This document shows positions 43,327 to 55,102 of a stretch of 64,000 nucleotides of DNA, one piece after another. Origin of the DNA: an uncultured Archaeoglobales archaeon (GTDB lineage: Archaea > Halobacteriota > Archaeoglobi > Archaeoglobales > Archaeoglobaceae); the NCBI GenBank assembly GCA_965613355.1, contig CBFDVJ010000001.1, forward strand, positions 22,688 to 86,687, given 5' to 3'. The position numbers and the translations under genes are program-made. The first letter of the stretch is position 1. The number at the start of each line of letters is the position of its first letter. The notes under the pieces were generated by a model, which did no database searches, was not told the DNA's origin, and worked only from the letters and a program-made list of their open reading frames with translations.

Positions 43327-43614
43327 ATGAAAGTCGATGTTGAGAGGGCTCTGAGGAGGGCTCTGAGTACGGGAAAGGTTTACTTGGGTGCAAAAAGAAC
43401 GCTCAAGGCTTTGAGAAGTGGAGATGTAAAACTTGTAGTTACGGCAGTAAACTGTCCGGAGGAGTTTCTGGAGGAGATTAAAAGATATGACATACCCGTA
43501 CTAACGTATAACGGTACAAATATGGATTTGGGTGCAACATGTGGAAAACCCTTTGGTGTTTCGATGCTTGCTATCGTTGAACCGGGAGAATCAGAGATAC
43601 TGAACGCAGTTTGA
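43327..43614 (+). CDS. rpl30e: 50S ribosomal protein L30e
   Basis: GKVYLGAKRTLK and DLGATCGKPF; conserved operon position. Confidence 0.95.
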   Translation: MKVDVERALRRALSTGKVYLGAKRTLKALRSGDVKLVVTAVNCPEEFLEEIKRYDIPVLTYNGTNMDLGATCGKPFGVSMLAIVEPGESEILNAV

Positions 43615-43720
43615 TCTTGAGGTGGGTCAGAAAAAAGAAAGAAGAAATTTGATATCGAAGAGATATTGAAGATGAAGAAAAAGATTCGATGCTTTTGTAA
43701 AGCCAATAGAGGCTGATAAT

Positions 43721-44140
43721 ATGGGAGTTAAACTTTCTGCAGAGAGTATTAGATTTTTAACCCTTTTTGAAAGTATAACAGGAGCCAGTGTTAAGGACTG
43801 CGTAGTGCAGGACGATAAGGTTGTTTTTGTTGTTAAGAAGGGTGACATGGGGACTGCGATAGGAAAAGGTGGAATTAACATAGAGAGAACGAGAGAGCTT
43901 ATAGGCAAAAAAATAGAGGTGGTTGAGTATTCAGATGATCCCGTTGAATTCATAGTAAACATTTTTAAACCGATTAATATCAGTGTGAAGCTGCAAGAAA
44001 AGGACGATAAGAAGTATGCGATAATCACCGTTAATCCCCAGCTCAAAGGGCTGGTGATCGGCAAAGGCGGTAAGAATATAAACAAGGCCAAGGAGTTGGC
44101 CAAAAGACATCACGACATTGAAAGCATAATCGTGAAATAA
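43721..44140 (+). CDS. nusA: Archaeal NusA (KH domains)
   Basis: AIGKGGINI and VIGKGGKNI KH motifs. Confidence 0.95.
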   Translation: MGVKLSAESIRFLTLFESITGASVKDCVVQDDKVVFVVKKGDMGTAIGKGGINIERTRELIGKKIEVVEYSDDPVEFIVNIFKPINISVKLQEKDDKKYAIITVNPQLKGLVIGKGGKNINKAKELAKRHHDIESIIVK

Positions 44141-44167
44141 TAGATAACGATGCCAAGGTGATAGAAA

Positions 44168-44596
44168 ATGGGCAAAGGTTTGTTCGCAGGAAGAAAGCTG
44201 ATTGAGCAAAAGAAGAAGTTCAGATGGAGCGATAAGAGGTACGTAAGGAGAGTCCTCAGGCTCAACGTTAAATCCGATCCTCTGGAAGGGGCTCCAATGG
44301 CAAGAGGAATCGTGCTCGAAAAGCTCGGTGTTGAGGCAAGGCAGCCGAACTCGGGAATAAGAAAGGCTGTTAGGGTTCAGCTGATCAAGAACGGAAAGCA
44401 GATCTCCGCATTTACCCCCGGAGATGGATCTATCAACTTCATTGATGAGCACGATGAAGTGATCGTCGAGAAAATTGGCGGGAGAATGGGAAGGAGCATG
44501 GGAGACATCCCGGGCATAAGATACAAGGTGATCAAGGTCAACAACGTATCGCTCAAGGAACTCTGGAAGGGAAGAAAGGAGAAACCACTGAGATAA
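44168..44596 (+). CDS. rps12: 30S ribosomal protein S12
   Basis: [17 protein letters not shown] and [10 protein letters not shown]. Confidence 0.97.
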   Translation: MGKGLFAGRKLIEQKKKFRWSDKRYVRRVLRLNVKSDPLEGAPMARGIVLEKLGVEARQPNSGIRKAVRVQLIKNGKQISAFTPGDGSINFIDEHDEVIVEKIGGRMGRSMGDIPGIRYKVIKVNNVSLKELWKGRKEKPLR

Positions 44597-44611
44597 AACT
44601 GAGGTGAGAGC

Positions 44612-45193
44612 GTGTACGGTTTTAGTGAGGAAGAGTTACTTGTTTTTGGCAAATACAACCCCGAAGAGGTTGAGATCAAGGATCCGGCGCTGAAAAACTA
44701 CATATCCTTAAAACCAACATACGTCTACCACACCCATGGAAGGCACTCGAAGATTCCCTTCGGGAAAAGGAAAGTGTTCATAGTCGAGCGATTGATAAAC
44801 AAGGTCATGAGAAAGGAGAAAAACACGGGAAAGAAGATCCTCGCCCACAATATCGTTAAAGGAGCCTTTGAGATTATCGAAAAGAGGACGAAGCAAAATC
44901 CCCTTCAGGTTTTAGTTGATGCCGTTATGAATGCTGGCCCCAGAGAGGAGATCGTAAGGCTAAAATACGGCGGCATAGCCGTTCCCAAATCAGTTGACTC
45001 TTCAAGCCTTAGAAGGCTTGATGTTGCTCTGAGAAACATAGCTGAGGGGGCGAGAAGGGCAAGCTTCAAATCAAAGAAAAGTATCGAAGTTTGTTTGGCG
45101 GAAGAGATTATAGCTGCAGCAAATAACGATAGCAAGAGCTTTGCTGTAGCAAAGAAGGAAGAAGTGGAGAGAGTTGCCAAGAGTGCAAGGTAA
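44612..45193 (+). CDS. rps7: 30S ribosomal protein S7
   Basis: [17 protein letters not shown] and [10 protein letters not shown]. Confidence 0.97.
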   Translation: MYGFSEEELLVFGKYNPEEVEIKDPALKNYISLKPTYVYHTHGRHSKIPFGKRKVFIVERLINKVMRKEKNTGKKILAHNIVKGAFEIIEKRTKQNPLQVLVDAVMNAGPREEIVRLKYGGIAVPKSVDSSSLRRLDVALRNIAEGARRASFKSKKSIEVCLAEEIIAAANNDSKSFAVAKKEEVERVAKSAR

Positions 45194-45216
45194 TCCTTCT
45201 TTTTTAAGGTGATAGC

Positions 45217-47403
45217 ATGGTTAGAGCGAAGAAAATGATTGATAAAGTTACGGAACTCATGTACCAACCAAAGAAAATCAGGAATATGGGTATCGTCGCA
45301 CATATCGATCACGGAAAAACGACTTTGAGCGATAACCTTCTTGCGGGAGCTGGAATGATAAGCGAAGAGCTTGCTGGAAGGCAGCTTTACCTCGATTTTG
45401 ATGAACAGGAACAGGAAAGGGGAATAACGATTAACGCCGCAAACGTTTCGATGGTTCACGAGTACAAAGGCGAGGAGTATTTGATAAACCTCATTGACAC
45501 CCCCGGCCACGTTGACTTTGGAGGAGATGTTACAAGGGCGATGAGGGCTGTTGATGGGGCAATAGTCGTTATAGATGCAGTTGAGGGTGTAATGCCTCAG
45601 ACGGAGACTGTTCTCAGACAGGCTTTACGAGAGAACGTTAAGCCAGTTCTTTTCGTTAATAAGGTTGACAGACTGATAAGGGAGCTCGAACTCGGCCCTG
45701 AAGAGATGCAGAATAGGTTGCTCAAGGTTATAAACGAGGTCAATAAGCTCATCAAGGCGATGAGACCGGAGAAATACAAGGAATGGAGGTTGGATGTTAC
45801 AGAGGGAAGCGTTGCATTCGGTTCAGCTTTGTACAAATGGGCGGTTAGCGTTCCCTCGATGAAGGAAACGGGAATAGGATTCAAAGAAGTAACGGAGTAC
45901 CTGAAAAATGATGACACCAAGGAACTTTCAAAAAAGACACCCCTCCACAGAGTTGTCCTAGACATGGTTATCAGGCATCTGCCAGATCCAACACAGGCTC
46001 AGAAGGAGAGGATAAGCGTTATATGGAAAGGCAAGCTCGACAGCCCGGAAGGACAGGCGATGGTGAAATGTGATCCCAACGGCCCGGTAGCTTTGATGAT
46101 AACAAAGATCGTCGCAGACCCGCATGCGGGAGAGATAGCGGTCGGCAGACTTTTCAGCGGAACTATCAAAGGAAGCATGGAACTCTACATTGTTGACAGG
46201 AAGACGAAGAACAGAATTCAGAACGTCGGCCTCTTCATGGGGCCGAAAAGGGTGGATGTACCAGAGATTCCGGCCGGGAACATAGTTGCAGTCGTTGGAC
46301 TGAAGGATGCTGTGGCCGGCTCAACGTGCACAACGGTTGAAGACTTCATTCCCTTTGAAAGCATAAAGCACGTTAGCGAGCCCGTTGTAACTATGGCGAT
46401 AGAAGCAAAGAACCCGAGAGACTTGCCAAAGCTGATTGAAGTATTGAGAATGCTTGCCAAAGAGGACCCAACACTTCAAGTTACGCTAAACGAGGAAACC
46501 GGAGAACACTTGCTCAGTGGTATGGGAGAGCTTCATCTCGAGGTTATGGTTGAGAAGATAAGAAGAGAGAGGAATCTCGAAGTTATCACCTCCCCGCCGA
46601 TAGTGGTTTTCAGAGAGACAGTCACAGCTATTTCTCCAACCGTAGAAGGGAAGAGTCCAAACAAGCACAACAGATTTTACATAGTCGTTGAACCTTTGCC
46701 TGGAGGCGTGCTGAAAGCGTTCAAAGAAGGCGAAGTTTCGATGAGGATGGACAAGAAAGAGAGAAGGAGAATTCTGGAGCAGGCAGGCCTTACAAAGGAG
46801 GAGGCAGCTGGAATTCAAGAATACTACGAAGGAAATGTTTTCACCGATGTGACTAAGGGGATTCAATACTTGAATGAAACGATGGAGCTCATCCTCGAGG
46901 GCTTTAGAGAAGCGATGCGTGCCGGACCGTTGGCAAGGGAGCCAGTGATGGGGGTTAAAGTTAAGCTTGTTGACTGTAAGCTCCACGAAGATGCTGTTCA
47001 TCGTGGGCCAGCACAAGTTATCCCCGCTGTTAGATCAGCCATTTTTGCGGCGATGCTCCAAGCAAATCCAACTCTGCTCGAGCCATATCAGAAGGTTTTC
47101 ATTTCAATCCCACAGGATATGCTCGGGAATGTCACTAGGGAGATTCAGGGAAGGAGAGGGCAGGTGCTGGAGATGAAGACCGAAGGTGACATGGTAACGG
47201 TTATAGCAAAAGCTCCGGTTAAGGAGATGTTCGGCTTTGCCGGAGACATCAGGTCTGCCACTGCTGGAAAGGCGATATGGAGCACTGAGGTATCAGGGTT
47301 TGAACTTGTACCTGGAGGAATGCTCCAAGACTTCGTGATGGAAGTCAGGAAGAGGAAAGGACTAAAGCTGGAGATTCCAAAACCAGAAGATTTCGTAGCT
47401 TAG
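45217..47403 (+). CDS. fusA: Elongation factor EF-2
   Basis: [21 protein letters not shown] and the diphthamide loop AVHRGPAQ. Confidence 0.97.
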   Translation: MVRAKKMIDKVTELMYQPKKIRNMGIVAHIDHGKTTLSDNLLAGAGMISEELAGRQLYLDFDEQEQERGITINAANVSMVHEYKGEEYLINLIDTPGHVDFGGDVTRAMRAVDGAIVVIDAVEGVMPQTETVLRQALRENVKPVLFVNKVDRLIRELELGPEEMQNRLLKVINEVNKLIKAMRPEKYKEWRLDVTEGSVAFGSALYKWAVSVPSMKETGIGFKEVTEYLKNDDTKELSKKTPLHRVVLDMVIRHLPDPTQAQKERISVIWKGKLDSPEGQAMVKCDPNGPVALMITKIVADPHAGEIAVGRLFSGTIKGSMELYIVDRKTKNRIQNVGLFMGPKRVDVPEIPAGNIVAVVGLKDAVAGSTCTTVEDFIPFESIKHVSEPVVTMAIEAKNPRDLPKLIEVLRMLAKEDPTLQVTLNEETGEHLLSGMGELHLEVMVEKIRRERNLEVITSPPIVVFRETVTAISPTVEGKSPNKHNRFYIVVEPLPGGVLKAFKEGEVSMRMDKKERRRILEQAGLTKEEAAGIQEYYEGNVFTDVTKGIQYLNETMELILEGFREAMRAGPLAREPVMGVKVKLVDCKLHEDAVHRGPAQVIPAVRSAIFAAMLQANPTLLEPYQKVFISIPQDMLGNVTREIQGRRGQVLEMKTEGDMVTVIAKAPVKEMFGFAGDIRSATAGKAIWSTEVSGFELVPGGMLQDFVMEVRKRKGLKLEIPKPEDFVA

Positions 47404-47962
47404 AGCGGGAGATCCATCTACTCTATTTCATGTTTCATATTTTCTTTTTCAGCTTTTTTAAGTTCCCAAGTATGTTAAAATGACTTCTAAAGTGTGACCT
47501 GATCACTATTGGACTTACTAGACTTTACAAAAAATTTGAAGAGAGTGGGTGAGAGGAGAGAGGTAAGTATCGTGAAATATCAAGTACACTTCGATTCTAT
47601 ATAAATATTCGAATATAAGAATCTCCAATAGGTTTTCTATTTTATCGAAATATCGCTTACCTTTTTACTTTTCCGCTATTTCTGGATTTGCAAGGATGTT
47701 TTTGACATGGGCAAACTCTAGAGACAATTTTATTCCCAATGTAATTGGCGGTTAAAAAGCTCTCGTAACATTCAAATGACACTCCTAAACAGCATCCAGC
47801 CGAGTAACCAACCGGATTTAAAATCAAGTGGGGAACCACTTTCTTGAATAAAAAAGATTGGGTCTACTCAGTGAAAGTTTTATATACCCCGCTATCAAAA
47901 GCGATTGAAGACAGCTGAAAGAAGCTAAAAGATTAAAAGAATAATTATGGGGGATTGGTATT

Positions 47963-49234
47963 ATGGCTAAGGAGAAGGAGCACATCAATATTGCCATGAT
48001 CGGGCATGTAGACCATGGGAAGAGCACGTTAATCGGCAGACTGCTTTATGAGGCAGGAGAGATTCCGGAGCACATAATAGAGAAATACAGGAAAGAAGCA
48101 CAGGAGAAAGGAAAAGCTACCTTTGAGTTTGCATGGGTCATGGACAAGCTTAAGGAAGAAAGAGAGAGAGGAATCACAATCGATGTCGCACATAGAAAAT
48201 TCGAGACGAATAAGTATTACATCACGATCGTCGATTGTCCTGGCCACAGGGACTTCATCAAGAACATGATCACCGGAGCGAGCCAGGCTGACGCTGCGAT
48301 TCTCGTAGTTGACGTTAATGATGGTGTACAGGCTCAGACGAAGGAGCATGTATTCCTTGCAAGAACTCTTGGAATAAATCAGCTCGTCGTTGCGATAAAC
48401 AAGATGGACAAGATCAACTACGACAAGGACAGATATGAACAGGTCAAAGGGGATGTTTCAAAGCTCATAAGAATGGTCGGTTATAAACCAGATGAGGTGC
48501 CGATGATCCCAACCTCTGCTTACTATGGTGATAACGTCTTGAAGAAATCTGACAAGACTCCATGGTACGATGGACCGACTTTCTTCGAGGTCTTCGATAT
48601 GTTCAAAGCCCCAGAAAAGCCAGTCGATAAGCCACTCAGGATTCCAGTTCAGGATGTTTATTCAATAAGCGGTGTTGGAACGGTTCCAGTCGGTAGGGTT
48701 GAGACCGGGGTCCTAAAAACGGGAGACAAGGTAATATTCATGCCACCAGCGGTGTCAGGAGAGGTAAAGAGCATCGAGATGCACCATGAAGCAATTCCCG
48801 AAGCTATCCCCGGAGACAACATCGGTTTCAATGTAAGAGGGGTGAGCAAGAACGATATCAGAAGAGGAGACGTCTGCGGCCATACGGATAATCCACCTAC
48901 AGTTGTGAGAGACTTTACCGCTCAGATCGTCGTGCTACAGCATCCAACTGCAATAACGGTCGGCTACACACCAGTTGTGCACGCTCACACGGCTCAGGTT
49001 GCTTGCAGGTTCGTTGAACTTCAGAAGAAGATTGATCCAAGGACTGGACAGGCTAAGGAGGATAATCCACAGTTCCTGAAGACGGGCGATGCGGCTATAG
49101 TCAAGCTTGAGCCAACAAGGCCGATGGTAATAGAGAAGGTTAAGGAGATCCCACCCCTTGGCAGATTCGCCATCAGGGACATGGGACAGACCGTAGCTGC
49201 TGGAATGGTTCTCGATCTCACGGAGAGGACCTAA
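47963..49234 (+). CDS. tuf: Elongation factor EF-1 alpha
   Basis: [25 protein letters not shown] and GRFAIRDMG. Confidence 0.97.
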   Translation: MAKEKEHINIAMIGHVDHGKSTLIGRLLYEAGEIPEHIIEKYRKEAQEKGKATFEFAWVMDKLKEERERGITIDVAHRKFETNKYYITIVDCPGHRDFIKNMITGASQADAAILVVDVNDGVQAQTKEHVFLARTLGINQLVVAINKMDKINYDKDRYEQVKGDVSKLIRMVGYKPDEVPMIPTSAYYGDNVLKKSDKTPWYDGPTFFEVFDMFKAPEKPVDKPLRIPVQDVYSISGVGTVPVGRVETGVLKTGDKVIFMPPAVSGEVKSIEMHHEAIPEAIPGDNIGFNVRGVSKNDIRRGDVCGHTDNPPTVVRDFTAQIVVLQHPTAITVGYTPVVHAHTAQVACRFVELQKKIDPRTGQAKEDNPQFLKTGDAAIVKLEPTRPMVIEKVKEIPPLGRFAIRDMGQTVAAGMVLDLTERT

Positions 49235-49262
49235 TTTTTTTACTATTTTCCGAGGGTTTTCC

Positions 49263-49583
49263 ATGGCAATCAAGGGGTACAGGGCGAGAATCAGACTCTC
49301 TGGACTGAACCCAGTAGATCTAGACCGAATCTGCAACCAGATCAAAGAGATTGCTGGAAAAACAGGGGTAGAAATAAGCGGGCCCGTGCCACTGCCAACA
49401 AAAAGGCTTGTTGTGCCGGTGAGAAAGTCTCCAGATGGCGAGGGCTCAGAGACTTACGACCACTGGGAGATGAGAATTCACAAGAGGCTTATTGATATCG
49501 CAGCGGATGAGAGAGCTTTGAGACAGATCATGCGAATTCAGGTTCCGAAGGATGTGAACATCGAGATAGTCCTCGAAACCTAA
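49263..49583 (+). CDS. rps10: 30S ribosomal protein S10
   Basis: GPVPLPTK and [12 protein letters not shown]. Confidence 0.97.
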   Translation: MAIKGYRARIRLSGLNPVDLDRICNQIKEIAGKTGVEISGPVPLPTKRLVVPVRKSPDGEGSETYDHWEMRIHKRLIDIAADERALRQIMRIQVPKDVNIEIVLET

Positions 49584-49608
49584 TTTCCTTTTTAAATTTA
49601 TCCCTAAG

Positions 49609-50523
49609 ATGTTTTTAAAGATAACTTTTCTCGGCACTTCGGGCACGATTCCGAGTGTTGAGAGGAACCCATCATCCATTCTCTTAAACTACAACGGAGA
49701 AAGGTTGCTTTTCGACTGTGGAGAGGGAACGCAGAGGCAGATGATGAAGGCAAAAACGGGGTTCAAGAGACTGAACAACATTTTTATAACCCACCTTCAC
49801 ACTGACCATTTCATCGGACTTTTCGGACTTCTCGAGACTCTATCCCTCAACGACAGGAGGGATAGGCTGAACATCTACTCTCCATCTCCCACTTTCCTTT
49901 CAACGATGTTCAGGCTTTTTGGCTACCACAACTTCGATTTTCCGATAGAAGTTTTCGGAGCTGAGGATGGAAAAACTTTCGAATTTGGAAATTTCAGCGT
50001 CCTGGCCTTCAAAACAGATCATATAATCGAGAGCTACGGTTACGCTTTCATTGAAAAGCCTAGACCAGGGAAATTTAACAGAGAAAAAGCTGAGGAGCTT
50101 GGAATACCTCCTGGACCCCTTTATTCGAAGCTCATTAAGGGAGAGAGCGTTAGAGTAGGGGGCAGAATCGTTAGGCCGGAAGAAGTTGTTGGCGAACCGA
50201 GACCGGGGAGGAAAGTGGTCTACACCGGCGACACCCGACCCCTCGATAAAGTTGTTGAGATAGCAAAAAATGCTGATTTGCTGATCCATGACGCATCCTT
50301 CACGATTGACCTGCTCGAATGGGCTAAGGAGACGAAACATTCAACTGCTAGAGAAGCTGCTGAGATAGCTCTTAAAGCTAGGGTGAAGAAACTCGTTCTC
50401 ACGCATATAAGTGCCCGATACTCCAAAGACTCTTCACCCTTGCTGGAAGAAGCCAGGGAGATTTTTCCGAATACTGTTGTTGCCGAAGATTTTCTGGAAA
50501 TTGAGGTTCCTTTAGAGAAATAA
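49609..50523 (+). CDS. rnz: Ribonuclease Z
   Basis: FDCGEGTQRQ, THLHTDH, flexible arm GIPPGPLY, YTGDT and THISARY. Confidence 0.95.
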   Translation: MFLKITFLGTSGTIPSVERNPSSILLNYNGERLLFDCGEGTQRQMMKAKTGFKRLNNIFITHLHTDHFIGLFGLLETLSLNDRRDRLNIYSPSPTFLSTMFRLFGYHNFDFPIEVFGAEDGKTFEFGNFSVLAFKTDHIIESYGYAFIEKPRPGKFNREKAEELGIPPGPLYSKLIKGESVRVGGRIVRPEEVVGEPRPGRKVVYTGDTRPLDKVVEIAKNADLLIHDASFTIDLLEWAKETKHSTAREAAEIALKARVKKLVLTHISARYSKDSSPLLEEAREIFPNTVVAEDFLEIEVPLEK

Positions 50524-50544
50524 AGTTTAGAGGAAGCGAAAATC

Positions 50545-51231
50545 TCAAACAGATAGAAGACCTCTCACCCACTCTTCAAAGCCTTCAAGCCGTTGAGTGA
50601 GCAGAATTTCTAGGAAATCCAGAATGCCTGACAGCATCAGGAAGAGGAATGTAAGAATTACAGCTCCGAAAATCCAGTTTATTGTTGTCTGATTTTCGAT
50701 TAACTTCCCCGAAAACCTGGAGCCGGCAATTAAAATCGCTGATATGGCAACGGCCATTCCAAATGCGTAGGATAGCATCAGAAGTGTTCCACCCAAAGCA
50801 GATCCGCTTACAGCAACCAACCCAATTACTGCCCCCAAAATCGGGCCAATGCAGGGGCTCCAGATCACTCCGAGGCCCATTCCAAGAACAAATGGATAGA
50901 AAGAGGAAGTTGAGGCCTTCACCATTTTTCTTCCAAAAAATCCACTCAGTATATCAAATTGAGAGACCCAAAGGTCGAAAACAAGCATAATCCCGAAAAT
51001 AAAGAGAACTACAAAAGCTATGTAACTTACAATTTTTATTGAGCCCAAAATACCGAAAACCAGCCCAAGAACCCCAAAGGAAAAAACTAGGCCGATAACA
51101 ACCAAAATGCTCCTCCACCACTTTCCCTCCGCCGTTGCAAGTATGACAGGAAGAACCGGAAGTATGCAGGGTGAGAATACCGACAGCACCCCTCCGGCGA
51201 AGGAGATGAGATATCCCAGAAACCCGATCAT
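50545..51231 (-). CDS. ccdA: Cytochrome c biogenesis CcdA / DsbD transmembrane domain protein
   Basis: SPCILPVLP and WSPCIGPILG Cys pair within TM helices. Confidence 0.9.
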   Translation of the reverse strand: MIGFLGYLISFAGGVLSVFSPCILPVLPVILATAEGKWWRSILVVIGLVFSFGVLGLVFGILGSIKIVSYIAFVVLFIFGIMLVFDLWVSQFDILSGFFGRKMVKASTSSFYPFVLGMGLGVIWSPCIGPILGAVIGLVAVSGSALGGTLLMLSYAFGMAVAISAILIAGSRFSGKLIENQTTINWIFGAVILTFLFLMLSGILDFLEILLTQRLEGFEEWVRGLLSV

Positions 51232-51246
51232 CCAATTTTTACTCGT

Positions 51247-51420
51247 TCAGCCGGCATAAATAGTATATGATCTGCAGGCATAAATCTTCCCCATACAGTC
51301 TCCTCGAAATTGGAACGAGCTTGATGAAGTCCCTTCCATCACCTTCTCCATGTCCTTGCCGAAGTACCTGCAGTAGCTTTCCACCTGCTCTTCCGAAACT
51401 TCCAGTCCTCCTCTTCCATT
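51247..51420 (-). pseudogene. Possible degenerate small gene
   Basis: Protein-like EEQVESYCRYFGKDMEKVMEG continues plausibly as DFIKLVPISRRLYG only after a frameshift near 51330; family unknown. Confidence 0.3.
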
Positions 51421-51547
51421 AGGCGATCTTGAAATAGAACAAAATGTCTCACTTAACAGCGTATAAAAGAATAAAAGGGAAATCAAAGATTTCCCCAAAT
51501 TGCCTTCGACAACTTCTTTTATCCGCAATACGTTACGCGAGGTGTTT

Positions 51548-53134
51548 TCATCCTTCCAAGATCTTCTCTGCCTCTTCCCTATAAGCTTCCATTACATATG
51601 GAATTCCTGAAATCTTCGCTGCCTCCTCGGTTAAAGCCATTAGGTCGCTGCGAGATATCGTTGAAATTTTGAAGTTTCTGCTACCTGCCATTAATTGCTG
51701 CAACCCCACCTTTATCTTCTGGCAAAATGTATACATGGCCACTGCCCCCAATGGTATATTTTTTATTTCGCTTCCATACTTATCCCTCAACTCTTCGTAG
51801 CAGACGAAGATTTCCTCCATGGTATCTCCATACTTGGAGACGTTTTTTGGCAAATTACCCTCTTTCATCCATTTTTCGATATTTTTACCTACCATCCCCG
51901 GAATCATTAGTGCCCTTCCCATACATACCGCTTTCACATAAGGGGCCCCCATGGCTATTGCCTTGAATATCCCATCTTCGGTGGAAAAACCTCCGGCAAT
52001 AGCAATATCAGGAACTCTAAAACCATTTTCCTCTAGTTTCCGGCAAAATTGATAGGTCAAGGATTCAAGGTAAAACGTGGGGATTCCCCACTCGTTCATC
52101 ATCGGCCATGGGCTCATTCCTGTTCCTCCAGGTGCACCATCTATCGTGATCAAGTCAAGCTTCGCCTCTGCTCCAAACCTCAATGCCATCGCAAGATCAA
52201 CAGCAGAATAAGCACCGGTCTTCAGTGTGATTCTCTTGAACCCAATGCTTCTTAGCCTATCTATCTCTTCCAAAAAGGATTCCTTACTTACAAACCCGAG
52301 CCTTGAATGCCTCTCAAATTCTTTGATTGACCCTCTTTTATATGCTTCTCTAATTGCAGGATTTTCAGGGTCAGGCAAAACGATATATCCTCTCTTCTTA
52401 AGTTCAATTGCTCTCTCTATATCTTTTACCTTTATCTCGCCACCTATGCTCTTTGCTCCCTGTCCCCATTTGAGTTCGATCGTCTCAAGGTTATGTTTAC
52501 TTGCAATATATTCAGCAACGCCAAGCCTCGTATCTTCAACGTTCATCTGAACGAGTATCTCTCCATATCCTTCATGAAACCTTCTGTATATCTCTATTCT
52601 ACGATCCATCTCAGGCGACTTCTTTACTTTTCCCTCTGAATCGAGCTCAAGTTCGGGGTCTACACCACATACATTCTCTCCACACACGATTGTAATGCCA
52701 GAGATAGCAGCACCTACCGCAAAATGTTCCCAGTTCCTGCGAGCTATCTCGGTGGAGCCCAATGCCCCCGTGAAAATGGGGATAAGCATCTTCACTTTCT
52801 TCTCCCATCCATATTCTGTCGTAGTATCAGCATTCGAAAAGATAGCCTCGTCAGGACCAGCTTCGCCTTCCAAGCCCCTTGCTCCCCTCGCATAGCCCTG
52901 AATGCTCAGGTGGGAGTAATCCACAGGATAGTCCTTATCTGCTCCTGCAGTTATCTCCCCAAAGGGCTGGGGGTACAACACCTCTCTTCCCCTGAAAGAT
53001 GCCAACCAGACCTCACATCCCCCTTTACAGCCGTCAACGCACCTTGAGCAAAGCCCGGACATCGGAACAACGTTTCTGGAACGATTGAACGTTCCAGTTG
53101 CATCATTAGCATTCGGCCTTCTCAGATTTCCCAT
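51548..53134 (-). CDS. Stand-alone FMN-binding glutamate synthase family protein with N-terminal Cys cluster (start MGNL at 53134)
   Basis: IELKWGQGAKSIGGE, ITIDGAPGGTG, IAGG and KAIAMGA; CSRCVDGCKGGC at the N-terminus; GGAGGTGA SD. Confidence 0.85.
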   Translation of the reverse strand: MGNLRRPNANDATGTFNRSRNVVPMSGLCSRCVDGCKGGCEVWLASFRGREVLYPQPFGEITAGADKDYPVDYSHLSIQGYARGARGLEGEAGPDEAIFSNADTTTEYGWEKKVKMLIPIFTGALGSTEIARRNWEHFAVGAAISGITIVCGENVCGVDPELELDSEGKVKKSPEMDRRIEIYRRFHEGYGEILVQMNVEDTRLGVAEYIASKHNLETIELKWGQGAKSIGGEIKVKDIERAIELKKRGYIVLPDPENPAIREAYKRGSIKEFERHSRLGFVSKESFLEEIDRLRSIGFKRITLKTGAYSAVDLAMALRFGAEAKLDLITIDGAPGGTGMSPWPMMNEWGIPTFYLESLTYQFCRKLEENGFRVPDIAIAGGFSTEDGIFKAIAMGAPYVKAVCMGRALMIPGMVGKNIEKWMKEGNLPKNVSKYGDTMEEIFVCYEELRDKYGSEIKNIPLGAVAMYTFCQKIKVGLQQLMAGSRNFKISTISRSDLMALTEEAAKISGIPYVMEAYREEAEKILEG

Positions 53135-53303
53135 CCTATTCACCTCCTATAATTATAAACTCAAAAAGCCCTTATAATGCCTTTTGACTTCGAGTGTGCG
53201 ACTATGCACCAAACCTCGCAGAGATGACATCCTATGCATACCTTCCAGCTTAGCAACTACAGGCAATTCCTCCCTTCCTACTTTGATATTACTTGACATA
53301 CTA

Positions 53304-53328
53304 ATGCATTAAAGCCGGTTTAATGCAT
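53304..53328. promoter_or_regulatory. Perfect inverted repeat ATGCATTAAA-N5-TTTAATGCAT abutting a TATA-like box
   Basis: 10 bp arms are exact reverse complements; minus-strand TTTATAT at 53333-53327. Confidence 0.65.
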
Positions 53329-53459
53329 ATAAATATTGCGCTATTTTTCAAAAATACTCATGCGACAAAAAACGGTTATTCAAAAAATCAAATGAATTAT
53401 TAAAAAACTTTGCCTTTTTCAGTTAAAAACTAAAATATTTTTCTATTGAATAGAAATTG

Positions 53460-54590
53460 TCAAGAAATAAAGTCCTCTAGCCTGCCAAGCATCTCTTGAA
53501 TGTTCTCTCTTGATGTTGCATAGCTAACCCTCACCCAGCTACCATAACTCTTACCAAACGCCGCTCCTGGAGTTGTTGCGACGTACTTCTCCTTTAAAAA
53601 TCGCTCACTGAAGTCCATACTGTTTTCTCCAACATCCATGAAGATGTAAAATGCTCCTTGAGGTGGGGCATATTTTATTCCCAGCTTGTCAAGCCCTTCC
53701 ATCAGTATGTCCCTTCTGGCTTTGAACTCTGCAACCATCTCTTCGATGAAACCCTGATCCCCTTTTATAGCCTCAACTGCAGCGTACTGCACGAAGGATG
53801 TTGGATGGCTTACTGAATGGGATTGTATCCTTGCCATCGCCTTGATTATATCCTCTCTCGCAGCAGCATAACCAATTCTCCAGCCTGTCATTGAGTAGGT
53901 TTTGGATAAACCGTTGATCAGGATTGTTCTTTCGAGCATCCCGTCCATTGATGCTATGCTCTTATGCTCCCCGTCAAAAATTATCTTCTCATAGATTTCA
54001 TCTGACATTACGAAGATGTCGTGATCAATGGCCAGATCCCTGAGCTTCTTAAGAAACGAATCAGGATAAACAACCCCCAGCGGGTTATTTGGGGAGTTGA
54101 ATATTATCATCCGGGTCTTCTCAGTTATGTAATCTTCAACTGGTGCATCTTGAAAGTTTTCGGTATGGGGAACCCAGATTACTTTTCCTCCAGCCATTAA
54201 AACACAGGCTTCGTAGGTTACCCAAGAAGGATCAAGTAGTATGACTTCATCACCCTCATCGACTAAACTCATCACAGCTTCGAAAATGGCATATTTAGCT
54301 CCCGGAGTTGTGATTATGTTCTCTGGAGAAAAATCTATACCATTTTCCTCTTTAAGCTTCCAAGAAATCGCCTCGAGCAACTCGGGAATTCCTCGAGAGG
54401 GTGTATAGAAGACTTTTCCATCTTTCATGGCCTTATAAGCAGCCTCTATGATGAAAGAAGGTGTCGGAAAGTCCGGCTCGCCAACGCTCATATCAACGAC
54501 CGGTTTACCTTCCCTTCTGAGCTGCTTCGCAGCCTCAGATATTCTCAGCGTTGCTGATGGGCTTACAGCATTAACCCTTCTGCTCGTCAT
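53460..54590 (-). CDS. Class I PLP-dependent aminotransferase (aspartate aminotransferase-like)
   Basis: [25 protein letters not shown] and [15 protein letters not shown]. Confidence 0.95.
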   Translation of the reverse strand: MTSRRVNAVSPSATLRISEAAKQLRREGKPVVDMSVGEPDFPTPSFIIEAAYKAMKDGKVFYTPSRGIPELLEAISWKLKEENGIDFSPENIITTPGAKYAIFEAVMSLVDEGDEVILLDPSWVTYEACVLMAGGKVIWVPHTENFQDAPVEDYITEKTRMIIFNSPNNPLGVVYPDSFLKKLRDLAIDHDIFVMSDEIYEKIIFDGEHKSIASMDGMLERTILINGLSKTYSMTGWRIGYAAAREDIIKAMARIQSHSVSHPTSFVQYAAVEAIKGDQGFIEEMVAEFKARRDILMEGLDKLGIKYAPPQGAFYIFMDVGENSMDFSERFLKEKYVATTPGAAFGKSYGSWVRVSYATSRENIQEMLGRLEDFIS

Positions 54591-55002
54591 ACTCTCTCAA
54601 CCTTTTAACGAGTTTAACTGCTGCTTCAACCCCTCTCTTCGCATATTCAATCCTCTGCTGGGCAGCAATTCTTCCCATTCCCGGCCCAGATATTCCTAGA
54701 GTTACGGGTTTGTTATACTCCAGTGATAAATCCATTATCTTCCTTGCCGCATGCTGGGCTACCACTTCATCATGCTCCGTTTCGCCCTCGATAACGCTTC
54801 CAACTGCAACAACAGCATCAACATCCGACTTCTCAAGGATTTTTTTTACGGCGATCGGGGTATCAAAAACTCCGGGCACCCTGATGATGTCTGTAATCTC
54901 ACCACCAAGAAATTCAGCGTGCTCTTTGGCAAGAACTTCCATCATGTAGGTTATATCTCTGTTAAACTCAGCTACAACTAAGCCCAGTTTTATTTTATCC
55001 AT
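54571..55002 (-). CDS. ribH: 6,7-dimethyl-8-ribityllumazine synthase (real start MDKIKL at 55002)
   Basis: [25 protein letters not shown] and KPVTLGI. Confidence 0.95.
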   Translation of the reverse strand: MDKIKLGLVVAEFNRDITYMMEVLAKEHAEFLGGEITDIIRVPGVFDTPIAVKKILEKSDVDAVVAVGSVIEGETEHDEVVAQHAARKIMDLSLEYNKPVTLGISGPGMGRIAAQQRIEYAKRGVEAAVKLVKRLREYDEQKG

Positions 55003-55102
55003 CTTATCACCAACCGGTTGAAATAGATCAGGATATTTTAATATTTTGTCGTCGTTTAGTGAAATTTTTAAGTTAGAAAGCCGATAATCTTTATTTGGCT
55101 TC

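Noticed and set aside
43615-43720. Lys-rich mini reading frame between rpl30e and nusA
   Set aside because: No start codon in the open frame; the purine-rich spacer explains the composition.
47657-47839. 60 aa Cys-rich ORF in the fusA-tuf spacer
   Set aside because: No SD, irregular Cys spacing; probably spurious.
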